DNA of 31,967 nucleotides from contig JBGPCQ010000016.1 of assembly GCA_041481895.1 (NCBI GenBank), positions 1 to 31,967 of the forward strand. The letters run 5' to 3'. Source of the stretch: Geobacteraceae bacterium (GTDB lineage Bacteria > Desulfobacterota > Desulfuromonadia > Geobacterales > Geobacteraceae). Positions 25,001-31,172 of the stretch are shown here, one piece after another. Below the pieces are notes generated by a model, which saw only the letters and a program-made list of their open reading frames with translations, searched no databases and had not been told where the DNA came from. Position 1 is the stretch's first letter; every line of letters starts with the position of its first letter. The position numbers and the translations under genes are program-made.

Positions 25001-25255
25001 AATGTGCTCTTTGAAGAAAAAACCGTGCAACTGGATAAAGGGGATATTCTGCTCATGTATACGGATGGAGTTACCGAAGCCCAGAACGGATCAGGCGAAT
25101 TATTCGGTGAAAGGAGGCTCTGCGCCATACTTTCATCAATTCAGAATGAGACCCCCGACCTGATGATCGACCGGATACTGCATGACGTGAACGCCTTTTC
25201 AGCCCCCCAGCCCCTGAAAGATGATGTATCTCTGGTGCTTTTGAAGGTGACGTAA
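22013..25255 (+). CDS. Sodium:solute symporter (SSF/SLC5)-like membrane domain - GAF - PP2C/SpoIIE serine phosphatase (RsbU-like)
   Basis: 1080 aa. About 520 aa form a multi-TM SSF-like domain (ADFISSRYGKS, GLISFAAAAQFAPALLGGLYW). A linker and a GAF-like domain follow. The PP2C domain carries GGDYYDF, VIADVSGHSVGAAL, SAGHN and MYTDGVTEA. Confidence 0.9.
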   Translation: MLSIQLVTGVSLLYIALLFLVAYYADTKRAQGESIISNPTIYSLSIAVYATAWTFYGSVGKAATTGIDFLLIYLGPSLTAFAWWFLLRKIVRISKENNITSIADFISSRYGKSQWLGAVITVIVILGIMPYIALQLKAVTTTFSIITGYSSASLQFFGGNFSLISRPGFLAALILSIFSIVFGARHLVSSERHEGLVAAIAVESIVKLVAFISVGIYVTYFMFDGYADIFSRLQAKDPALFARLTTIGSEQQVSYPQWFTTLFISMGAIMLLPRQFHILVIENSNEAHIKDAMWRFPAYMFLINLFVMPIALGGILHTGSASGADFFVLTLPLQNGHHWLALLAFLGGFSAATGMVIVESVAISTMFLNHLVMPIVIKLQPRSWFPILLINLKRFGIVLVIFLGYLYYRIVGDTYMLVNMGLISFAAAAQFAPALLGGLYWHRGNKAGAITGLVLGFISWFYTLLIPSFVKSGWWQSDILEKGPFGLEFFKPTDLFGLVGFDVWSNAMFWSMFFNIGGYLAISIIFSQDENEKEQVRKFVDVFKPPTEGSPWETKRLSKPVTIMQFVNLMAKFIGESQAHSAIAEYMGTREIDEQGGVSEFELPQLKRFIEKTLAGSLGGAAAGAVVESYLSDVGSKMESVYDIFSTVRTELSESREALSVRLRASEIMNRTLDLPIIMYDLLELIRKEFKFDLAVIRIVDGNGALETRSFSGMSIPSITDRLIVPDINTHIGDAFLSNKPRFLNDTRHNIKPDSKELMDREVILSFAHIPIAREGAPPVGVLSVFSRSIVGLFTQPFIDLLTSLAGQLAQAIKIDSEIMAKDQERRQKEEALLENVRVTREMEIAKQIQLSLLPASPPYLRGALLACRCVPATHVGGDYYDFFRRGENVIDIVIADVSGHSVGAALIMAETRSVLRSQFHATNSTSDILAMLNEELYEDLTSAELFITMFYVKYNMENRLLTYASAGHNRPLLFRPGGSYCTELDAEGLIVGVKRNVLFEEKTVQLDKGDILLMYTDGVTEAQNGSGELFGERRLCAILSSIQNETPDLMIDRILHDVNAFSAPQPLKDDVSLVLLKVT

Positions 25256-25270
25256 GAAAAATATCGAGAA

Positions 25271-25298
25271 TTGGCTGTGACGTGATATATACTATATA
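25271..25298 (+). promoter_or_regulatory. Possible internal promoter ahead of the STAS gene
   Basis: TTGGCT - 16 nt - TATATA within the 100-nt gap after the phosphatase gene. Confidence 0.2.
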
Positions 25299-25355
25299 CG
25301 CATCAAATCCAAATGACCCCCATTAACGTGAAGATGGTGGAACGGGAGAGACGGC

Positions 25356-25691
25356 ATGAACCTTAGAGTCGAAGAGAAAAACAACATTGTCGTTATGTAT
25401 GTTAAGGAAGAAAGACTTGATGCCCATAACTCGGGTGACTTGAAGCTCGAAGTGAACAGGCTGTTCGGAGAGGGGAAAAAAAATGTCCTGGTGGACCTGG
25501 ATGATGTTCGCTTTATTGACAGTTCCGGCCTGGGCGCACTTGTTTCGGGTTTCAAAAACGCCATTTCCAACCAGGGGAACCTCAAGCTTTCAAGTCTTCA
25601 ACCCCAGGTGAAATCGATGTTCGAGCTGACCAGGCTTCATAGGGTTTTTGAAATTTTCCCGTCTTCATCGGATGCGTTGGAAAATTTCTGA
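25356..25691 (+). CDS. STAS-domain anti-sigma factor antagonist (RsbV/SpoIIAA-like)
   Basis: 111 aa with the FIDSSGLGALV motif, which contains the phosphorylatable serine. Confidence 0.9.
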   Translation: MNLRVEEKNNIVVMYVKEERLDAHNSGDLKLEVNRLFGEGKKNVLVDLDDVRFIDSSGLGALVSGFKNAISNQGNLKLSSLQPQVKSMFELTRLHRVFEIFPSSSDALENF

Positions 25692-25707
25692 AACAGGCGA
25701 GGTTACA

Positions 25708-26130
25708 ATGAAAAAAAATCACTTGGAAGTTGACATCAAGGTCCCCAACCAGACCCGCTACCTGAGCCTTATCGGCAGAATCGGTGAAGACATTGCCAAA
25801 GAACTGGACAAACACACCGGTGACAAGGAAACCTTGGCCCACCATATTAACCTGGTCCTGACCGAGGCGATGGCTAACGCCATTAAATATGCCGGCCTCG
25901 GGGATACGGAAAAGATGGTGCACATCGGCATTACTATCAGTGCTGACGAAATCTTGATAAAGGTTTTTGATCACGGGCAGGGGTTCGATATCAACACCAT
26001 ACCGCCACCGAATTTCGAAGCGCTGGATGACCGGGGCAGAGGGATTTTCATCATCAGGTCCCTCATGGATTCCGTAAACTACAGAAAGCTGCCGAAAGGC
26101 AATGTCCTGGAAATGTCAAAGAAACTCTAA
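25708..26130 (+). CDS. RsbW/SpoIIAB-like serine kinase (HATPase_c anti-sigma-type)
   Basis: I prefer the start at ATG 25708 (MKKNHLEV). It has an N-box (EAMANAIKY) and G-boxes (DHGQGFD, GRGIFIIRSL). Confidence 0.85.
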   Translation: MKKNHLEVDIKVPNQTRYLSLIGRIGEDIAKELDKHTGDKETLAHHINLVLTEAMANAIKYAGLGDTEKMVHIGITISADEILIKVFDHGQGFDINTIPPPNFEALDDRGRGIFIIRSLMDSVNYRKLPKGNVLEMSKKL

Positions 26131-26147
26131 CATGAATCACCACTGAT

Positions 26148-26948
26148 TCAGCGTTGTTTCCGCTGCCGCTGCTCCCGGCCGTACGATCTCCAGACCATGA
26201 CCGCACCGGCAAGCGCCATGGGGAAACTGAGAAGTTGTCCCATGGAAAAGCTTCCCACGATAAACCCGAGTTGGAAGTCCGGTTCCCGAAAAAACTCGAC
26301 AAGAAATCGGAATGTCCCGTAAAGGGCGATAAAAGCCCAGGATATAACCCCTGCCGGACTCTCTTTACGTCCCATAATCCAGAGAATAAAGAAAATAACC
26401 GGCCCTTCAAGGAAAAATTCATAGAGTTGCGATGGGTGACGCGGCAGGTACCCCGCACGCGGGTCCGGAAAGACCATCCCCCATGGGGCAGTGGTTACCC
26501 GGCCATAAAGTTCGCCGTTGATGAAGTTTCCTAACCGGCCCAGACCGAGTCCGATGGGAGCCGTCAGGAAACAGAGGTCCGCTATGGTCAGGTAGCCGAT
26601 CTTTTTTTTACGCGCAAACCAGACCCCACCCAGTATGCCCCCCGCGAGCCCTCCGTGAAAAGACATTCCCCCCTCCCACACGGTAAATACCTTGAGCGGA
26701 TGGGCCACATACTCCGATAGGTTATAAAAGAGAACGTATCCGAGTCTCCCGCCAATTATCACGCCAAGAGCAACGGCAAATATCAGGTCGGCCACGTCAT
26801 CCCTGTTCAAGGGGACCTTTCGTCGTTGCGCTTCCGCGTTGATGACGAAATACGCGGCAACAAACCCTATGATGTACATGAGGCCATACCAGCGAAACTC
26901 GAGAGCCCCCAATCGGAGAAATACCGGGTCGATATCTGGAAATTGCAT
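26148..26948 (-). CDS. lgt: Prolipoprotein diacylglyceryl transferase
   Basis: 266 aa with the blocks WYGLMYIIGF, GGRLGYVLFY, WEGGMSFHGG, GRLGNFINGELYGR and RHPSQLYE. Confidence 0.95.
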   Translation of the reverse strand: MQFPDIDPVFLRLGALEFRWYGLMYIIGFVAAYFVINAEAQRRKVPLNRDDVADLIFAVALGVIIGGRLGYVLFYNLSEYVAHPLKVFTVWEGGMSFHGGLAGGILGGVWFARKKKIGYLTIADLCFLTAPIGLGLGRLGNFINGELYGRVTTAPWGMVFPDPRAGYLPRHPSQLYEFFLEGPVIFFILWIMGRKESPAGVISWAFIALYGTFRFLVEFFREPDFQLGFIVGSFSMGQLLSFPMALAGAVMVWRSYGREQRQRKQR

Positions 26949-27074
26949 GAGGTCACCCCATTTGTTTTTTCATGCCTAACGTAGCAGTTAAAGCAGCGGG
27001 TGTCAATCTTCAGGGAGGCCGCTCGCCTGAATGTGCAGCCAGACAAATCGGGCACATAGGGGTCAAATTAAAGG

Positions 27075-27103
27075 TTGACAAAAATACCGGCCGAGACTAT
27101 ACA
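27075..27103 (+). promoter_or_regulatory. Probable sigma70-type promoter of the M-box leader
   Basis: TTGACA - 17 nt - TATACA. The predicted TSS is about 27110, just ahead of the riboswitch P1 strand. Confidence 0.45.
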
Positions 27104-27111
27104 AAATGAAA

Positions 27112-27312
27112 ATTCCTCGTTAGCATGAGGCGTTTGCACAAACACAGGCTACTGCCCAGAAACGTCGAAAGACGCCAATGTGGTAGACCAGGTTCGGCCG
27201 GATTAAGGCTTTACCTAAGGTAGCTGGTATTCAAGTCCCGGAGTGGCGCGGAATAAGACTGTTTCCCCCCGGGACCAACCTACGTTGTGCACTGCCGAAA
27301 CTCAACCAGGGG
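27112..27312 (+). promoter_or_regulatory. M-box (ykoK leader) Mg2+ riboswitch aptamer
   Basis: Blocks match the B. subtilis mgtE M-box as I recall it. CCUCGUUAGCAUGAGGC corresponds to CUUCGUUAGGUGAGGC. CUACUGCCCAGAAACGUCGAAAGACGCCAAUGUGGU corresponds to CUGCUGCCCAAAAAUGUCCAAAGACGCUAAUGGGU. UUAAGGC, GUAGCUGGUAU and GUGCACUGCCGAAACUCAACCAGG also match, the last closing P1. Confidence 0.85.
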
Positions 27313-27334
27313 GGAATTGTGCCTTTTTGCATGT

Positions 27335-27367
27335 AAGGCCCTTTCTCCCGAAAGGGCCTTTTTATTT
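27335..27367 (+). terminator. Intrinsic terminator (expression platform of the M-box)
   Basis: AAGGCCCTTTC-tccc-GAAAGGGCCTT followed by TTTATTT. It ends immediately before the SD ggag (27368-27371) and ATG 27378. Confidence 0.8.
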
Positions 27368-27377
27368 GGAGCATGCC

Positions 27378-28646
27378 ATGAATGCGGTCATAAATGAATT
27401 GTTTTTGAGTTCGGTTCTCGGCAGACCGGTTATCAATCAGCAGGGCCGGGAAATCGGCAAACTATGGGATCTCATCATGGTTCCAGGAGACGGTTTCCCC
27501 GAAGTTTCCCATCTTCTCGTAAAAAAAGGAAAAAACCTTTTCTTTTTTCCCTGGAACTCAATCTCGCTCTTTAACAGTTTTGTCATATCAGTCCGCAACC
27601 AGTCAACAGAGTTATCCCCCTACCTGCCGCGGGATGGTGAGATTCTCGTCAGACGGGACATTCTGGACAAGCAGATCGTGGATGTCGAGGGTGCCAAAGT
27701 GGTCAGGGTGAATGACCTCAAACTCAGGAGTGACAAAGAGCTCTTGATCATCATATCAGTCGACATCGGGTTCAGAGGGCTGCTGAGGCGTCTCGGATAC
27801 GAGCGATTCTGGGAAAAAGTCACCATGCGGTTCAATAGAGAACTCCCTAACGAGGAGATCAGCTGGGAATACGTCCAGCCCCTGGGGGCTGATGTCTCCA
27901 GGCTCACCCTGACCATGGCCAGAGACCAGATGGCGGAAATGCACCCGGCCGACATCGCCAGCATCATTTCCCACATACCGCACAAACATATTCCGACCGT
28001 CCTGATTTCACTCGACTCGGAAACGGCCGGTGAAGCCATCCACGAACTGGACCCGGAGATGCGAAGGCGCGTAATCACCCAGATGGACAGCGAACAGGCT
28101 TCGGACATACTCGAAGATATGGCGCCCGACGAAGCAGCCGATGTGCTTGGCGACCTCCCCGAAGAAAAGGCCCGGGAACTCCTGAGATTGATGGATGAAG
28201 AAGAGGCCGAAGATATCATGGAACTCATGGAGCATGAGGAAGACACCGCCGGCGGCCTCATGAACAGCGAATATCTGGCCATTCCTGACGGCCTGACCAT
28301 CGAAGAAGCATTGGTGCAGGTGAGACTTCTTGCACCGGATGTGGAGACTGCGTATTACATCTACGTTATCGACAATGAAGAAAAGCCGCTCGGGGTGATC
28401 ACCCTGAAAGATCTTCTGACTAAAACTCCGGACACCCTGATCAGGGACATAATGACGACCAGTCTAAAAACCGTGCACGTCGACGCGGAACCGGAAGAAA
28501 TTCTTGGAATTATCGCAAAATACAACCTGGTTGCCGTTCCCGTACTTGACGATAAAGAGAAAATGGCGGGAATTGTTACTGTCGACGATATTCTGGAGCT
28601 TTTCCTCCCGTACGCCCTGCGCCGTAAGCGTTACCATCATCACTAG
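27378..28646 (+). CDS. Soluble MgtE-type cytoplasmic sensor protein: PRC-barrel-like repeats + MgtE_N domain + CBS pair, no membrane domain
   Basis: I place the start at ATG 27378 (422 aa), because the track start 27243 would read through the riboswitch and terminator. MgtE_N-like acidic helices are present (MHPADIASIISHI..., DMAPDEAADVLGDLPEEKARELL, EDTAGGLM), followed by two CBS motifs. The protein ends at ...ILELFLPYALRRKRYHHH, with no TM helices. Confidence 0.85.
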   Translation: MNAVINELFLSSVLGRPVINQQGREIGKLWDLIMVPGDGFPEVSHLLVKKGKNLFFFPWNSISLFNSFVISVRNQSTELSPYLPRDGEILVRRDILDKQIVDVEGAKVVRVNDLKLRSDKELLIIISVDIGFRGLLRRLGYERFWEKVTMRFNRELPNEEISWEYVQPLGADVSRLTLTMARDQMAEMHPADIASIISHIPHKHIPTVLISLDSETAGEAIHELDPEMRRRVITQMDSEQASDILEDMAPDEAADVLGDLPEEKARELLRLMDEEEAEDIMELMEHEEDTAGGLMNSEYLAIPDGLTIEEALVQVRLLAPDVETAYYIYVIDNEEKPLGVITLKDLLTKTPDTLIRDIMTTSLKTVHVDAEPEEILGIIAKYNLVAVPVLDDKEKMAGIVTVDDILELFLPYALRRKRYHHH

Positions 28647-28798
28647 CGCCATGTAACATATACATCAGCTTAGGCTTTGCAAAACAGAGCGTGCCCAAAG
28701 TTTACGGCTTTGTTTGGCACGTCATGAAACTGCCTTTGCCCAACCTGCGGGAAAATATGTATTACAAGGTACCAGTGCCCTGAGGACAAGAGACCTGT

Positions 28799-30100
28799 AT
28801 GTTTACCGGCATAAGTCTGACAAAATTGTTCAAGCCGATCGGCAAGGTCAACAGGAAAAACATTTTTCTTTTTCTTGCCATACTGGGACCGGGAATCATA
28901 ACCGCCAACGTGGACAACGACGCAGGAGGCATAACCACCTACTCGCTCGCCGGGGCACAGTTCGGCTATTCCCTTCTCTGGGTCATGCTTCCTACTACAA
29001 TCGCTCTGGTCGTCATCCAGGAGATGTGCGCCCGGATGGGCGCAGTCACCGGCAAGGGATTGTCGGACCTTATTCGCGAATCATTCGGCGTCAAGATCAC
29101 GTTCTATGTCATGATCGCCCTGTTTCTGACCAACATGGGGAATTCGATTTCGGAATTCGCCGGAATTGCGGCCAGCCTGGAAATATTCGGCATCAGCAAG
29201 TATGTTTCGGTGCCGATAAGCGCCGCTCTCGTCTGGCTGCTGATAGTAAAAGGCTCGTACAAGGTCGTGGAAAAGGTATTTCTCGTTGCCTGCATGGTCT
29301 ATATCGCGTATCCCATTGCCGCCTTCATGGCCGGGCCCAAATGGGACATCATTCTCACTGCAACAGTAGTACCGTCCTTCAAGTCCGACAGCACATACCT
29401 GGTCGCTCTGATCGGCGTTGTCGGCACGACCATCGCGCCGTGGATGCAATTTTACCAGCAGTCCGCAATAGTTGAAAAAGGGATAACCATAGACCAGTAC
29501 AATTTTTCCAGGCTGGACGTGATTATCGGGTGCATAATGGCCATAGTGGTAGCTTTCTTCATCGTCGTCGCCTGCGCATCCACTATATTTGTCCAGGGCC
29601 TCAAAATAGAAACCGCAGCTGATGCCGCCCTTGCCCTCAAGCCGCTGGTTGGCAAACACGCCTCGGCGCTCTTCGCTTTCGGCCTCTTCAATGCCTCGCT
29701 CTTCGCTGCCTGCATCCTCCCTCTCACCACGTCGTATTACATCTGCGAAGGTATGGGCTGGGAGTCCGGTATCGACAAGGACTTCCGCAAAGCTCCGCAG
29801 TTCTTCTGGCTATTCACTATTATCATTTCCATCAGTGCGGCTTTAATCCTTATACCCAATGCCCCTCTCATCAAAATCATGTTTCTCTCCCAGGTGGTGA
29901 ACGGGGCAGTCCTGCCATTCGTGCTGATTTTCATGCTGCTGCTGATAAATGACAAAAAACTCATGGGGAGCTATACCAATAAGCATACCTTCAATCTGAT
30001 CGCCTGGACAACCGTCATTATCATGATTGTTCTGACTTTGCTCATGACAATTGATCTCGTCAGCCCGGGAATTGTCGGATATTTGATCGGATTGTTCTAA
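28799..30100 (+). CDS. Nramp/SLC11-family transporter of the Nramp-related Mg2+ transporter (NRMT) type
   Basis: 433 aa, about 11 TM. TM1 reads GPGIITANVDNDAGGITTYSLAGAQFGYSLLW, with DAGG at the position of canonical DPGN. TM6 reads GTTIAPWMQFYQQS, with APW in place of MPH. It is under M-box control. Confidence 0.8.
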   Translation: MFTGISLTKLFKPIGKVNRKNIFLFLAILGPGIITANVDNDAGGITTYSLAGAQFGYSLLWVMLPTTIALVVIQEMCARMGAVTGKGLSDLIRESFGVKITFYVMIALFLTNMGNSISEFAGIAASLEIFGISKYVSVPISAALVWLLIVKGSYKVVEKVFLVACMVYIAYPIAAFMAGPKWDIILTATVVPSFKSDSTYLVALIGVVGTTIAPWMQFYQQSAIVEKGITIDQYNFSRLDVIIGCIMAIVVAFFIVVACASTIFVQGLKIETAADAALALKPLVGKHASALFAFGLFNASLFAACILPLTTSYYICEGMGWESGIDKDFRKAPQFFWLFTIIISISAALILIPNAPLIKIMFLSQVVNGAVLPFVLIFMLLLINDKKLMGSYTNKHTFNLIAWTTVIIMIVLTLLMTIDLVSPGIVGYLIGLF

Positions 30101-30171
30101 TTCTGCGAAATTTGGCACCGGGATCCCGGCCGACGGAGCAGGGTAGTCGCGCAACGACACCACGAAAGAAG

Positions 30172-30206
30172 AAAAGCCCGGGCTCACCGCCCGGGCTTTT
30201 CTTTGT
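30172..30206. terminator. Bidirectional intrinsic terminator between convergent genes
   Basis: AAAAGCCCGGGC-tcacc-GCCCGGGCTTTT, with an A-tract before the stem and a T-rich run after it. Confidence 0.75.
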
Positions 30207-30242
30207 GTCTATTCATAGTGTCCGGCATACCATTGAAGAACT

Positions 30243-30782
30243 TTATTCCATCAGGTCCGCCGGTACTCCGGCTGTTTCGGCCTCTTTCTTCAGGTCTTCA
30301 AGTTTTTTTCTCCGCATGAGGACACTGTTCTCAAGTGACTTTAACGTGCTCTGAACAGTGAGATATTCAGCTCTCGACATGCCGCTGGTATCCTGCATGC
30401 GGTGGCGGGTTTCGACCAACTGTTTTTCAGCAGCCTTCACGTCTGCATCCAGGGCTGCGAACTCCGACTTCCAGGTTTCGCTCTCCTTTCCCCCGTAGAA
30501 TGCTTTTTTCTTATCCTGCCTGGCTGCCGGCGCCCCCGACCTGATCTCCCTCGCCCCCTCAACTTTTCCCTTCTGCGCAGGTTTTTCGCCCTTTTCGTTC
30601 ACTTCAGCGGGGGGGAGTTCCGTGTCACCTAATACCTTGACCTTTTTCCGGTATCTGGCCGGAACATTGCCAAGGTCCTCGGTAAAATTTACGGTTCCCT
30701 GGGAATCCTCCCAGGTATACGTTTCAGCGATTGCGGGAAGGGCAATAAGTACCATTGAGATGCAGAAAACGGATATTTTCAT
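30243..30782 (-). CDS. Secreted DUF4124-like protein with coiled-coil C-terminus
   Basis: I prefer the start at ATG 30782 (ggagg SD). It has the signal peptide MKISVFCISMVLIALPAIA followed by the TYTWEDSQGTVNFTED (YxWxDxxGxxxFxD) motif. Confidence 0.7.
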   Translation of the reverse strand: MKISVFCISMVLIALPAIAETYTWEDSQGTVNFTEDLGNVPARYRKKVKVLGDTELPPAEVNEKGEKPAQKGKVEGAREIRSGAPAARQDKKKAFYGGKESETWKSEFAALDADVKAAEKQLVETRHRMQDTSGMSRAEYLTVQSTLKSLENSVLMRRKKLEDLKKEAETAGVPADLME

Positions 30783-30824
30783 AGAGTTCTTCCTCCCTGC
30801 GTTATGTAACATATTACCAGGAAA

Positions 30825-31169
30825 TCAGCCTGGAGGCCAACCCAATTGCCGACCGGCAATGAGGTGAAAATGTATATGGAAAACCGATTGCCCTGCACCG
30901 GCATTATTATTGGAGACAATTCTGAAACCGCTTTCACTAACCCCCTTTTCCCTGGCGATACGGGCGGCAACAGAATAGATGTGGCCGATCAACTCATGGT
31001 CGGCAGGGTCGAGATCGAGGGCATTCACAAAATGCTTTCGGGGAATGAGCAGAACATGCAGCGGAGCAACCGGCGAGATATCCTCAATGACAACGACCTT
31101 TTCATCTTCGAAAACCTTCTTTGCAGGGATCTCCCCCTTGAGAATCCTGCAGAAAATACAATCGTTCAT
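30825..31169 (-). CDS. HIT-family (histidine triad) nucleotide hydrolase
   Basis: 114 aa with CIFCRI at the N-terminus and the histidine triad HIHFHLI. Confidence 0.9.
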   Translation of the reverse strand: MNDCIFCRILKGEIPAKKVFEDEKVVVIEDISPVAPLHVLLIPRKHFVNALDLDPADHELIGHIYSVAARIAREKGVSESGFRIVSNNNAGAGQSVFHIHFHLIAGRQLGWPPG

Positions 31170-31172
31170 CGG

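Noticed and set aside
25356-26130. Assigning the STAS/RsbW pair to a specific sigma factor (sigma-B- or sigma-F-like regulation)
   Set aside because: No sigma factor gene is present in the window, so a specific output cannot be supported from this sequence.
27243-27377. Upstream start of the MgtE-like ORF (467-aa version)
   Set aside because: It would translate through the M-box aptamer and its intrinsic terminator. ATG 27378 follows an SD directly after the terminator.
28714-29475. 253-aa + strand ORF rich in Arg/His/Gly
   Set aside because: It is an alternative frame of the Nramp gene. Its composition is typical of an out-of-frame reading, and the 28799 frame gives canonical Nramp TM segments.
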